Shown: piece after piece, positions 24,536 to 38,725 of the stretch | Layout: each line of letters opens with the position of its first letter | Numbering within the stretch: position 1 is the first letter of the stretch | The notes under the pieces: generated by a model | Databases searched by the model: none | The model's input: only the letters and a program-made list of their open reading frames with translations | What the model was told of the DNA's origin: nothing | Translations under genes and position numbers: made by a program | Source of the DNA: Callorhinchus milii | Taxonomy: Eukaryota | Direction: 5' to 3' | Length of the DNA stretch: 64,000 bases | Assembly: GCF_018977255.1 (NCBI RefSeq) | Contig: NW_024704743.1 | Location: 56,360,001 to 56,424,000 of the forward strand

Positions 24536-26651
24536 CCTGCTTCCCCTACAAAAAAAAAGACAAATTTTGGGTTGTATGCTGCACATACGTGAGAAATATC
24601 TGTGGTACATCACACATATAACGTTTGTAATCAGTGCACAGGAAATTATGTTAGTGATGATTTTTAGTATCTTGCTTATAACACGGTCGATGAATCTTTG
24701 AGCACAGTCAATGTTTCCCTTTATTCCCAACTGCAATTTTTAGGTCCACACTGCAAACCTTGCATTTAGGCTACATTGACTGCATCTCCTATACTTCTAC
24801 CCTCACATCTAATCTATCATTGCCTGTGATCACCAGCTCACTGTGTGGATATCTCTGGAGCATACCCCATTCACACCTTGCCACAAGAATGGCTTCTTTT
24901 GTACATTTCCACTCCTGAATATTCCACAAGATAAGACGTTAAAATGCTGATTTCTTTTGAAAAAATGCGTTGTACAAATTAATGGTGGGATCAGATTTGA
25001 AACTGACTCTGTGTCTAACAGATGATTAGCAAGGCATGTTTTTAGGTTTATTTTACTGCAAATCAACAATGAAAAGCTGTGAAGTGAAAGTTACAACCCA
25101 ATTTTCTTCACTATTCAAAGCAGCATCACCCCACTGAGGGCCCACATCCGACCCATTTTATTTGATTAATATCATCCGAAAGCAAATTTCACCTCTGATC
25201 ATTTGATAGCATACAGATGAACAGAGCTGCGATTTATTTGTTACTCAATGCTTTGTCTGTGTGCTCATCCCCTGCTGGCTTACATCTTTGTTTTGCACAT
25301 TTGCATGCCACACATTTGTCCCAGATTTCACACTGATACAAGCAACTTACTTCTCTGTAACAACAGTCTATTTGAGTGACGTGAGCCATTATTTTATGGA
25401 TTACACACTGCTTAACTGTGGAATAAGAAGGACCTCAGCCTCCAAAGTTTAGATTGTTTTAAAGAATTGTAAATCAAATACCACTGAATCCAAGACAGCT
25501 GGATTCGGGGATTGTAGAAGAGGTTTTTTGAACTGTGATGTCATTACTTTGGCCTCCACTGTGCATTGCTCTTCTGAATTGATACTCAGCAGCCAGCTGC
25601 AGCCTACTCCCACTCAGAGAACCTGATTCCATTGCCATCTGTAAACTGGTGTGAAGCTAATGTGGAGGTGTCCTCAGTGTTGGATGCACTGAGCACCAAA
25701 CTGCCCAATTCACATTTGGATCATCAAAATTTCTCATGTTCAAGGTCTCATTTGTGGAATCTCTCATAGAGATCTCATAGAATCTCCACATAGAGTTCTT
25801 ATTGATGCTCATTGATACAGTTCTCTTTTCCCACTACTGTTTGGTTTGTTTTGGGAGGGGCGTGGCGGGGGGGTAAAGACAAGGTCAGCCTGATGATATC
25901 AGTTGCAGTACCATGCTACAGTACCAGCTGAGATTGATTCTATGAAAGCAGAAGAAGGGTTGAGCATGCTGTTTTCATGATCTATATGGCTTTGTACAAT
26001 GCCACTTGGTACATTTTTGTATTGACTATTACAGGAGCTAGATAGAGCTTTCAAAGCAACTCTTGAGTCCCATTAACCAGACTACCCTGAGTTAGATTTT
26101 GTTTAATTTTACCATTGCCAGGTGACAGAAAACTTTGGGTTTGAATTCATACCTGAATTAGATTTTCTCATGACCCTTTATGGTCATGTACATTTGACTT
26201 ATGCTCAGAATTGAAGTCCCAAGAATGTTGACCATCAAAATACCTGAATTCAAAGATGTTGGATGTTGTAGTTGATAATGTAAATCATATGATCTTTATT
26301 TCCCATTCGTACGCTTCCAGAGATTACCAAAGATTCATCACTTTGTACACTTTAACAAACATTAGCAGCTTAGACCATAATGGGCAACAGAGGCTACCAT
26401 GTAGGCTACCACTGCTGGCAATGGAAAAGTGGAACAAACTCATAAACTACAGTGGAATGCACTGTTTTCTCAAAAGACCTTAGAGGCAGAATTAATTTGG
26501 ATATTTCAAAGGGAACAAGATTGAGCTGTAAAGGTATTAAAGGGTATGTTGAAAGAGGAAGAAATTGGATTACAAGATCTATTAAACTGTTGGATCAGGA
26601 TCAATGAGTTTAGTTGTCTCCTCAGTTCCCGGTCTTATGCTTCATATGTTT

Positions 26652-26845
26652 TAATAATCTTTGCATTTGATATAGCTCCTTTTGTGCAGGAAGGATCCCT
26701 CAAAGTGGTTCACAGGATTCATTGTAAAGTGTAGTGACTGTATTTGGTTTGTGAATGTGTCAGATGATTTGCCCACAGCATTGTCCCACAAATAACCACA
26801 AAGTGAATGATCAATTTTATCTGGGGGATTGTTGGCCAGGACTAG
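26652..26845 (-). mobile_element. Deu-domain SINE 3' half
   Basis: aatctttgcatttgatatagc...cacagcattgtcccacaaa...gttggccaggac. Confidence 0.7.
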
Positions 26846-27511
26846 AATGTAGCTGTTGTGATTTTTGACTCAGTGAGATTATTGTCTTAGAAATAGGTTT
26901 CTGGTAGTTGAGTGTAAATTATTTCTCGACAAAAATTTTTGAACAATAGCATCACAGACGGTAACCTTGAATGTGAATGCTGTCAAGCACGAATGACATG
27001 GCACACACCAGCAGTTGGCATTGGCATACCCAGCCACTCCTGGCACAGAAAGTGACCCAACTCTGTACAAATCCCATCTCTAAAATGAAAACTGCATCAT
27101 ACAAAATAACACATTTTCCAGAAAACTAGAGAGAGAGATCAGAAATATGTCTTTGTTTTGTAAAAAAAATGCACTTCATTATTTTGTAGTTTGCATTCTC
27201 TAAATACTTAGAAATAAACATATTTCCAAAAATTGTACTTTAGATCATGTCCACTTAATGACTAAGAAACGTCCAATGTAATTGGAATGTGGGTGGCAGG
27301 ATGTATTTTGAGTCATGGATGGGTAAAAATTCCATTAAGTTTTGCATTATAATCCTGCATCGCCAAAGACAAAGTGTGTAATGTTCACTGGAATTTTTAT
27401 ACTAGTGAGTGCTCATTTTCATGTTCTTTTGAGTGGGGATGCACACCATGGCTATAAAAGGAAAGGGGTAGGAGAAGAATTGTAACTTAATTCAGAAAAC
27501 TCATGGAACTA

Positions 27512-27681
27512 CAGTAAAACTCATATAAGTTTGATTTGTATCAATCGTATAATTGCGTAAGTCGTATATCTTGCCAAGTCCCGTCAAGAGTTTATATTTT
27601 ACGCAAATTTGACATAATTCATACTTCGCATAAATCATACTAAATGTATATCCCAACTGATACGACATGTGAGGTTTACTG
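27512..27681. mobile_element. Non-autonomous Tc1/mariner (pogo/Tigger-type) MITE, 170 bp
   Basis: TA|CAGTAAAACTCATAT...ATGTGAGGTTTACTG|TA: terminal inverted repeats match at 13 of 15 positions, with TA on both sides. The interior has recurring tcgtat/atacga-like motifs and more CpG than the flanks. Confidence 0.75.
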
Positions 27682-29139
27682 TACTTGCATATGGTGCAAG
27701 TAAAATCAAATCAGAAGCCTTTTAAACAAGCATGATCTTTGTGTCCCCACATTACTTTCTGCACAACTTTGTAATGTGGTTGACATTGTTTTATAGTGTT
27801 GCTTCTGGAAAGAGCCTTGTATATTCCAGAGGATTTCTTGGCTGGTTACTATGTTTTATTCCTTGCAGCAAACATGGAATGAGATCCATTGGAAGGCTTG
27901 TCTGGGGTCAAGTTAAGATCCACGTTTATGTTATAAGTTTAGCTTCATGCTTTGCATTTACACCCGAATGAAAAGAAAAAGTGCCTGGGGGTGGGGCGGG
28001 AGGGGGTGGAAAACTAGGGTATGAAGACTCATTTATAGATGATCTCTGCCAGATACATACATTTACAAAAATGAGAGACACAGGACGTTTGATTTAAGAT
28101 GGAAAAAAAACTCCATAATTCCACAGAATCCAAGACCAACAATGTGTCATTGTTTCTAATGGGATTCCTTAATGCTGAAACCAGAAAGTCTCTGAGAACG
28201 CTGCTCAGATTATAGTTCTTGCAGGTCAACGTTACGAGGTTGATGAACATCCGGTTACCAGGAGTTTCCATTCAGATTTCTCATTAAGGAAATTAATTGC
28301 TGCACATTTACCCAATGGGTGAAACTAGGGCAATCTGCACGTATAAGTTTGCTTGGAATAGAGTTTCCTTCCCCCCCATTTGTTTTTCAAACAGACAAAT
28401 TTGGGAATGCTGAATGCAAATCTGCGGTTGGCAAATGTTGTAATTTATATTGTTTACTCTCTGCCTTAAATAATGGAGAGTCAATGTTTGCCAGGAGTGG
28501 GAACTGTCCAAACAGAAGACAGACAGAGGTTCATTCATTTCCACTGCTGACATTTATTTTGTATGTCTGCCTGAAATACTATGGAGTTCTGACATTCTGT
28601 ATTATGTAAATGTTTTGAGAATACAGGCTCAGTTCATTGCCTCTTTCTATAAACTTGCCTATTGAATAATATAATAGAAGTGAAGAACAAAATTGGCTAC
28701 TGGTGAAATACATTTCAAGAACTTGTAGCTGGACTTTTTTGGTGGATGCTGTTTTCAATTGAAAATGTTTGCATTTGATTCTAATGATGGCTTTTGCAGG
28801 TTCTAAATGAATCTCAGCACAGCAATACTGTAGATAAAATAGATTTTCAGCTTTTAATACTGAATTCATTTGACTCCTTAAAAAGAACTCAATGAATATC
28901 TGGCTAGCAATGCGATTTCAGTATTCTGCAGTTCTAGCCTGCATGAAGGGGGCTATATAAATGCAAGTTATTATTGAGAGTGAAAAGATAGCATGGCACT
29001 TTGTATTTTATAGTGTCTTTCATGTAAAAGAATTCTGACCTACACAAAATTAAATGAGAAATTAAATGAGAACAGTATGGACAAATAGATACCTAACCTT
29101 CACCATCAACGCGTCTATTAATATTGAACATTGAAAAGT

Positions 29140-29360
29140 GTGTCACAAAGTTTCTGGAAACTGTAATTGTAGGAAAATGTAGCAGCCAATTTAGATACAA
29201 CAATATCTAACGAACAGCCATGAAGTGAATGATCATTCTTTTCTGGAAAATATTGGCCAGGCAAAACTCCTGAAAAGAGAAGGCTCTTTTCAAATAGTGC
29301 CATGGGGTCTTTAACGTCTACTGGAACAGGCAGACGGGACCTCAATTTAACATTTGAATA
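29140..29360 (-). mobile_element. Long Deu-domain SINE fragment
   Basis: aaatagtgccatggggtctttaacgtctac...aacaggcagacgggacctc is the reverse of the Deu block at 12615-12660. Confidence 0.8.
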
Positions 29361-29649
29361 ATGCAGCCAGTGTGATTTGACAGGCTTTCTCAATTGCCTT
29401 TCTTTCAAGGAACTAAGTGGGTTGAAAGAAAGTTATAGGGAAGTAGTTAGATTCTTGGCAGGAATAGGTTTTATGACTTGATGTTTCTCATTTCATGCTA
29501 TAGTATGTACAGACTTGTATCTTGAGCAAAATATTCATTTAAAAAATAGCAACTTATCTCTCCTGATTTGAAAAAAGGTCCTATATTTCACAGGATCTTT
29601 GATTTCAATGGTTAGTTGTCAATGTTTGGAGTGAGAATTATATTCACTT

Positions 29650-30262
29650 GGTTCTTCCCCCCCACATCCGTTCCCTGACCAGGACCGCTTTCCTCCACCT
29701 CCGCCACATTGCCCGCCTCTGACCGTACCTTACCCCAAATGCAGCCGAAAACCTCGTGCATAAGTTTGTCACCTCCTGCCAGATTACTCAAACGCACTCC
29801 TTGCCAGTCTCCCCAGTTCCACTATTCAAAAAATGCAGCTCATTCACAACTCTGCTGCCCACACACTGATCCGGACCAAACTCTGCACCCCTATCTCACC
29901 AGTTCTGGCCAGGCTCCACTGGCTCTCCATCACCGAACGGATTCACTTCAAGATCCTCACATTGGGTTCAAATCCCTTCACTCCTTGGCACCTCCCTACC
30001 TCGCCGACCTCCTCACTCCCCAATCCACCACCCAGTGTATCCGCTGAACAGGCAACGGCCTCCTGCTTGTCCCTCGAGTCCTCCACTCCACCATTGGAGG
30101 ATGCACATTCAGCCACTACTCCCAAAAACTCTGGAACGCTCTCCCTCAATCCCTCTGCCTTGCCCCCTCTCTCCCCTTTTTCAAAGTCCCGCCTGAAAAC
30201 TTTCCTTTTTGACCATCCCCGAATTCATGGAGGCCATTATATAAGTACAAGTTGTTGTTGTT
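29650..30262 (+). mobile_element. L2 LINE 3' portion
   Basis: QLIHNSAAHTL...SPVLARLHWLSITERIHFKILTL...FSKSRLKTFLF; (ttg)n tail. Confidence 0.92.
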
Positions 30263-31194
30263 CTGGAAGAGCTGAGCATGATATAGCATTCAAGTGGAAC
30301 ATCAAGGTCTAATTTGAGGTACATGTCATACTTATCACATCAACAACAATAATGTATTACATTTATATAGCGCCTTTCACATCAGAAAGGTGTCCCAAAG
30401 TGCTGGACAATTGAGACTTTGCACCCAAGCTGGGGGTTGGATTTGTGAGGGATGGGAGTCAAGGGGGTGGTGGGAGAAAAATCTCAATATTTTGTTCGAC
30501 CCTCACCTTTCTTTATTCAAACTTTAATCAAGTCCACTTTGTCCCTCTTCTGCAATATCATTCCACCTACCACACACACATCTCCCCACAATGCAGCCAA
30601 ATCATTTGTCTAGCCTTTGTCACCTTTAGGCTTGACTTCTGCAACGTTCTGTTCATCAGCCTCCCAGTTATATGAGTGCAATTTGTTGTTAAATATAAAA
30701 AATCCTAGAATTTTGCTGCAGGTACTTCAGTATGTGAAGGAGCAAGATACCTGCCCACAGAGGAATTAGGATATGCAAATGCAAGATTGCTCTATAAATG
30801 CGAGTGTTGTTTTTAGCTTTCAAAACAGAATTAGATAAATATCCAAAAATAAGTCAACTACAAGGATATGGGGAAACGGCAGGTAATTGGGACTGAAAAA
30901 ATTAGTCTTAAAATAGCTAGCTGCCTTCTGTACTGTGGATTTATTTGGTTATAAGGGTAATGATTTGGGTGCAGCCCTTAACTAGAAGTAAAAGAGACTT
31001 TAGGAACAAGTTAAAAGATGATTGCATAAATATAGTCGGTTAATGGACCATTATCAAATTTGAAATGCTATTAATGAGACATTTAGATAAAAAGTAAAGT
31101 GGATGATGAGCTTACAATTAAAATGGTTTGCAGCTCAATTTTTTAAACAAAATAAATAAAACCATTCTGTGAAATAGAATAAAACTCCATTCTA

Positions 31195-31705
31195 GTGAAA
31201 CTCTGCATGCTTATCACCCCGATCTTCATTAGATTCCACTGGCTACCTGTCACCGAAATAATTCATTTCAAGATCATCACTCTCAAATAGAAATCCCTTC
31301 ATGTGCTTGTACACCACTCACCCACAAAACACACAGTCACTTTACTTTATACCTGTGAAGCGCTTTGGGACGTCCTCCCGATATGAAAGGTGGTGTACCA
31401 AATGCAAGGATTATAATTTGCCCCACTCCTTTGCCTGCTCCTTTACCCAGCTGGCTCTTGCCTTCTATTCATCCCACAATAGCGCTGCTCCACCATCGGG
31501 GGCCGTGCCTTCAGCCACTAAGGCCCTAATTTCTGAAACTCCCTGCTTCAACCCCTCCACTTCCCCCCTCTTTATCTTTAAATCCTAATTTAACACCTAA
31601 CTCTTTGACTGCACCTACGGTCATCTCCCACTTCTCCCTTGTTTGCCATCCAACCACCCTCTTCCCCACCCCCTTCCTTTGAGGTGCTTTGAGACATTAA
31701 CCTGT
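31195..31705 (+). mobile_element. Degenerate L2 3' end interrupted by a SINE tail (about 31315-31415)
   Basis: tccactggctacctgtcacc...ttcaagatc, then cagtcactttact...aagcgctttgggacgtcctcc...aaatgcaaggatta, then ccaccatcgggggccgtgccttcagcc. Confidence 0.75.
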
Positions 31706-32982
31706 TTAGAGAGCTTCTTGTTATGGTTTGTTGAAAAACGTGAGGTAAAAGCTGAGTTTTGAAGATGGTAAAAATTGATGTGCAAGGTTGAAGGTGTCCA
31801 TCAAATTAAAAGGATCCTGAATCTGTCTTGGGCTTCATTGGAGGAGAGTAAGAATAGAGAATAGTGATGAGGAGTGGCAGTAATACAGAATATTTCACTA
31901 GGGAACCATAACAGTAAGGCTTTGGCTCAACCTTCTCCGATTTTGGCAGCAAATGGGGCCGGCAAATTCTAAGAAGGAATTAAATAGTTTTGATGACAGT
32001 CATAAGTCGTATAGGGGCTTTTTTTAAAAAAAAACAGCAATCTTTGGCACTTTCTCTCATCCTGCAGAATCCTATCTTCCCAATTCTGTTCGAATCTTTC
32101 ACCCTCCATTTTGTTGTAAAATCAAATCTATTTTTTTCAAAAAGCACGAGCTATGACCCCAAGTGTTGGGATCAAAGTGATCATCAAGCTCTTCTCACAT
32201 TAATAATAATTTGAATGGTTGTTCTTGATTTAGGAGTTTATTTAAGCAGTTATGGTTCTGTTAAAAAAAATTCTTGGATATGCAAAGGAATTGTCTCATG
32301 ATTTACTAGAAACACAAGACATATTGGCTTACATTGTAAAGAGACCACAAGCTTTGACTCTTAAATGGTTATTTGGAAACACTGTCTTCAGATCAAAGCT
32401 GCACAACCACCTACATAACATTCCCTGGAATGCAATGAAGCAGTCTGACTCAGTAACAAAGTCTGCCACCGACCACAACAAAAGCATTCTACCCTGATTC
32501 TGAATGAAATGAAAACATTTGGTTTGCAAGTTCACATTTTTTGGCAGAATGTAAAGTTATACAGCTTCATCATTAACAAATTGTTCTTTGTCAGTTGCCT
32601 GCCCCAAAGTAATGAACTGAATTCCGTTTTATGGACTCGGAGTTGCTGTTGTCCCACAAGAGCGTGATTCTCTTCCACACATACCTAGAAACGTAGGGGC
32701 AAAAATTTGCATTATTTAACTCTTTCCTTGGCTTATTTAGCACAAAGGGAAACTGCTTGAGGAACAACGCAAATTTCTTCCTGTCCTTCAATTAACATTG
32801 TCCCTGGCTGTTTAAGACTTACCCTTACTTTTTGCTGTACTACTGACTGATGATTCCTTGAAGCTGTTACTCCCGGTCAGCCACTTGCCTGTTTCATAAG
32901 TAAAAAAACAGGAAACCCACTTTATAAACCTCCGAGCAACTCTGAATGTACATCATCTGGCATATGTTTTAGCTGGACAGAA

Positions 32983-33582
32983 TCCATAGAACCATACAAA
33001 TTTACAACAAAGAAGGAGGCTATTTTGCTACATTGTGTCTGTGCTGACTTTTAAAGAGCAGTCCTTTCAGTCCAGCCTGGCCAAGTGGTAGCACTCTCGC
33101 CTCTGAGTCAGAAGGTTGTGGGTTCAAGTCCCATGTCGGGACTTGGCATCACATAGCCTAAGTAGACACTGTAATGCAGCACTGGGGGTGTATTACTTTG
33201 TCAAAGGTGCCTTCCTTCGGATGAAACGTTTACACAACGTCCCTTTAGCCTGTTCAGGTGGAGTTAAAGATCCCATTTCATTATCCGAAAAGAGAAGGGA
33301 GTTTCTGTCGGTGCCCTGGCAAACAATCCCTCAAATAAAAAATTGGTCATTCACTTTATGGCTCTTTGTGGGTCTTTGCTGTGCGCAATTTGGTTGCACG
33401 TTTACTCATAAGGACATAGCCACTTTGCAGTAAATTGTGTGAAACGCTTTGGGGCCTCCTCCCGCCATGACCAGGTGCTATACAAAATGCAAGGATTATT
33501 ATTATTATTTACCTGCCTTTCCTCCACAGCCCTGTGATTATTCTTCCTTGGATATCCATTTAGTTCCCTCTTGAAAGCATAC
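32983..33582 (-). mobile_element. CR1 3' tail interrupted by the SINE at 33074-33508
   Basis: catagaaccatacaaatttacaac...gcagtcctttcagtcc | tttacctgcctttcctccacagccctg...agttccctcttgaa rejoins to match the uninterrupted copy at 34487-34650. Confidence 0.75.
33074..33508 (+). mobile_element. Full-length long Deu-domain SINE (SacSINE1-like)
   Basis: tRNA-like head gtggtagcactctcgcctctgagtcagaaggttgtgggttcaagtccca, Deu block gttcaggtggagttaaagatccca, L2-type tail aaatgcaaggatt(att)n. Confidence 0.92.
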
Positions 33583-33597
33583 CCCTATAATTTGCTC

Positions 33598-33770
33598 TTA
33601 ATAATAAGAATCCTTGCTTTTGATATAATGCCTTTCGAGACTCTCAAAGCGCTTCACAGAATATACTGTAAAGTGAATTGACTGTATATTTTTGGGCAAA
33701 ACGCGGCAGCCAATTGCACACAGCAATGTCCCACAAACAGTCGTGGATTCAGTGATCAAATTATTATTAT
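33598..33770 (-). mobile_element. 3' half of the tRNA(Ala)-like SINE
   Basis: aaagcgcttcacagaatatactgtaaagtgaattgactg...aacgcggcagccaattgcacacagcaatgtcccacaaacagtcgtggatt. Confidence 0.9.
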
Positions 33771-33882
33771 ATCCTTATATGATTGTCTGAATATTCAGTG
33801 TTTTTATGTTAAATCATTTGATCCATGTTTCATTTATGTTCCTGTGAATAAATGGATTAGTTGCTTATCATGTATTTTACAG

Positions 33883-34003
33883 ATGTCACTGACCAGTTGT
33901 TTGAAGTGATTGGCCTCGAAGGTGCCATGGAAATGGGACAGATCTACACTGGACTAAAGAGTGCAGGAAAGCGGCTGGCTCAGTGCTCTTCCCTCATCAT
34001 CAG
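33883..34003 (+). CDS. DGKB: DGKB internal coding exon, 121 nt, phase 1 in / phase 2 out
   Basis: Acceptor tattttacag|AT, donor ATCAG|gtacaa. With the G from the previous exon it reads [41 protein letters not shown], the [36 protein letters not shown] block. Confidence 0.96.
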
Positions 34004-35578
<1,575 letters not shown>

Positions 35579-35779
35579 TGATAACAGATTTTACAGGTCC
35601 AAGAAAAGTGTGTGTGGATGAAAGTTTCCAGTTCCCAGAACAAGTCCGCAATCGAATTTCTTGAGAAGGTATCCAAAAAGGTTGAGGCGATCACGGTCCA
35701 TTTATCCTTCTAAAGTCTAATAACATGTGACTATGGGGGCACTTGGTCGACTTGAATCCTATAATCATCTGGACTGTTA

Positions 35780-36110
35780 CCAGGAAATGTTGTATTGGGA
35801 CAATGGTAAGGTTGACTTGTCATTACTGGAGACAAATAGCCTGCAGGCACTCATTGCCTCTGATCTTGCATGGAGAATGATTTTATCTAGGAGATTGTTT
35901 CTCAGAACACTGAGAAACTCCCTTCTCTTTCCAAATAGTTCTATGGGATCTTTAACATCCACATGAACAGGCAGATAAGAACTCAGTTTAACGTCTCATC
36001 CCAAGGATGCCACCTCTGACAATGCAGCCTTAGTAATTTGCAATGAAGTGTCATTTTGGATCTATGATCTCAAAGTCCCAATGTGGGGCTTCAACCCTCA
36101 GCTTTCGATC
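35780..36110 (-). mobile_element. Long Deu-domain SINE
   Basis: gaaactcccttctctttccaaatagttctatgggatctttaacatccacatgaacaggc...gtggggcttcaaccc is the reverse complement of the family at 33074-33508. Confidence 0.85.
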
Positions 36111-37572
36111 GAACTATCTTTGCTGATTTGCCAGTCTGAGGACTATAGAGTGAATGATTGGTTGAAGAGACAATAGTTCATGTGTTTTCTGTGCAGGTTA
36201 TCTACAATTACATAACTTACACACCATCTGCCTTTACACAGCTGACTTCACCCGAATTCGCAAGCTGAATTAAAGGATGATTATACAGCATCTCACAAAT
36301 TAGACCCTGTCTATTTATGACCTGCAAGAGTGCTTTGTGTCACTGATCTGCATCAATTGTTCAAAAAAAGTTTACGAAGAGCACCTTAATGAAACGGTTA
36401 CTTTTTGATAAGGTTTCTATTCACCTCCAACAAAAAAATTAATTAAAAAGGCAGGATATTTTTCTGGTTTTCAATTATTTTCTCCAAGTGTTTTGTCTGT
36501 CTTTTGTGCGCTCTGTTTTGCTGTTTTTAAGATGATATCGCAAAACTGCCATGTTTCTCCAGATCCCAGAGGAATTTGAAATAGTGCTTTACAAATCATG
36601 TCAGCAAAGTGCATCTAATGGGATTGTTGCAAGGCTGAGACTCTTGAGAAATGTCAGCACTTTAATACCTCATAATCGACATGGTGCATTTAGATATTTA
36701 GTTTCTCTTGACTTCCAGGGCAGTGACAACTCAGGCAAGGGGCAGTGGAGTTTCTCTACTGGATTTCTGCCATCAGAATATTTTGGCTTGGAAAACAAAG
36801 TTGTCAGCTGGCCTGACTGGCAGCTATTTGATACTGATGCCTTAATTATGAAGGGCTTGGCAGACGTTAGATGCTGCTCTGGTGGAACACTGAAGCAAAG
36901 CCTCTATTTCTAATGTTTACTAAAATATGTTGGAGTTTTTTGTGACTGTCTCAAAGGGAGCTATTCTGCTCCATTCATTAAATGGAGCAAATTTGCCACT
37001 GTGCACTTATAAATAACTGATGACATTTTACATTTTTAATTTAATTTAATTTATAATTTAAAACTGTGTTACACTCATAAGTACATGGATTTGTTAAAGT
37101 TAAGCACAGAATAACCCATCAATATGTTTTTCATTTTTTAAAATAAAAATATAATTCATTGGATTTCAGCTTATAGCTTTAACTCTAAAAGATCTATCAG
37201 GCAATTCTGTTAGTTCCAGACAGTAACAAACTACACATAAATCAGTTCCTGCTGAATGTTTGTCAGATGTGCTGGGTATCTATAGTATATAATAGTTTGT
37301 TTGGTACTTTGTGCACAATGGAAGCATAATTGCAGTCCTGCAGACCCATAGAAATGTATGGCACAAAAGGAGGCCATATCATGCAAAACATGATCAAAAG
37401 TGATCAATAGTTAGCACTGGACAAAGGGGGTGTGATCGCAAATGACTGTTTTTTTGTTGTATTTTTGGTTGCTGTAATAATTATCATAAAATAATGATCC
37501 TTCCATTTGCTTATGGTGCAACACACGGGTATTTCATGCAAATTGGAATACATATTGTTATGAAGCTATATC

Positions 37573-37886
37573 ATAATGATAATAATCCTTGCATTTGATA
37601 TAGCACTTTTCACGTCTTCTACACCGATCAAAGCGTTTCACAGAATATATTGTAAAGTGAATTGACTATATTTGTGGGCGAAACGCGGCAGCCAATTGCA
37701 CTCAACAGTGTCCCACAAACAATCGTGGATTGAAGTGACCAATTTATTGTTGTTTTTTTCTTCTTGAGAGGTTATTATCAGGCGTGTGGAGTAAAAAANT
37801 TTGCCCAAGGTTTTGCCTTGCTGGCAATCTAACCCAGGTCTCTCGCTTGCGAGGCGAGTGCTCTAATCACTGAGCTACAGGACTCC
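37573..37886 (-). mobile_element. tRNA(Ala)-like SINE, short form, full length (ambiguous base n at 37799)
   Basis: Reverse complement starts ggagtcctgtagctcagtgattagagcactcgcctcgcaagcgagagacctggg; core and tail complete. Confidence 0.93.
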
Positions 37887-38474
37887 ATGCTACAGAACTC
37901 ATCTGCTAATATTACATGCTGTATTTCTCTTCCCCCCCCACCCACCCCCCTCACCCCATTTAATATTCTACACAGTTTTTATCTTTGGCTATTTTCTTCC
38001 CTGGGACAACATTCCTGTGGCCTCAACAGCTCAAGGGTTATAATGTTCCACACAGCATTAATATTCTGCCTTTGGAACATTCAGACCCACTAGCTTTCTC
38101 TCAATTCTAGTTCAAGATGTTAAAGACTGTTGTGCAGTTGCTTTAGCTGGGATTCTCTTTAATGTGTGTCCAACATAGAGCTCTAATCAACAATTACATA
38201 ACATTGAAAGATCAGGAACTAAGTTACAAAACTAGAAAAATGAATAAGAAAGCTTCTGTAAATTATTATACTGATAACGATTGATTTCATGATTTGTTGA
38301 ATACATTATTCTGAGGCTCTGCCTTTTGTCCTAATTGTTTTAAAACTGTTGTTTCCTCTCAGTGAAGAATGTGATTTTCATAATATTTGCTCCTCGTGCA
38401 CACAGACTTTTGGCAATGGCTTGCCTACAGGAGTTTCCTTTTGGTCAGGATTAACCAATGTATAAAGACACAAA

Positions 38475-38725
38475 CAGATCTAAATTAGATTTTAGGAAGA
38501 ATTTCTTTAAACAGAGGGTTGTGAGAAGATGGAACTTGCTGACTTAAGCAAATGTATTTAAGAAGTAAATTGCAAAACATACATGAGGGAGAAGAGGAAA
38601 GAGGTGAATGGGCTAGGCTAGGGAAAGGACATTAGGATAGGTGGAGGCTCATGTGGAGCATTAATATCAGCACAGACTAGTTGGGCTGAATGGCCAGTTT
38701 TGGGGTGCTGTTGATTCTACGCAAG
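38475..38725 (+). mobile_element. CR1 3' end, degenerate
   Basis: aggaagaatttctttaaacagagggttgtgagaagatggaac...cacagactagttgggctgaatggcc. Confidence 0.75.

Larger units (their letters stand above)
2082..33882 (+). other. DGKB: DGKB intron, about 31.8 kb, phase 1
   Basis: GT...AG between two exons that join in frame, with no DGK residues apparently missing. Confidence 0.9.

Noticed and set aside
36551..36913. 120-aa + strand ORF (also 4448-4762) as a nested gene or extra DGKB exon
   Set aside because: No recognisable domain, no DGK similarity and no supporting splice structure; ORFs of this length arise by chance.
36967..36989. 9-bp hairpin tgctccatt/aatggagca
   Set aside because: Short enough to be expected by chance in 64 kb, with no other support.
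37799..37799. Ambiguous base n
   Set aside because: Sequencing or assembly ambiguity inside a SINE; no biological meaning.
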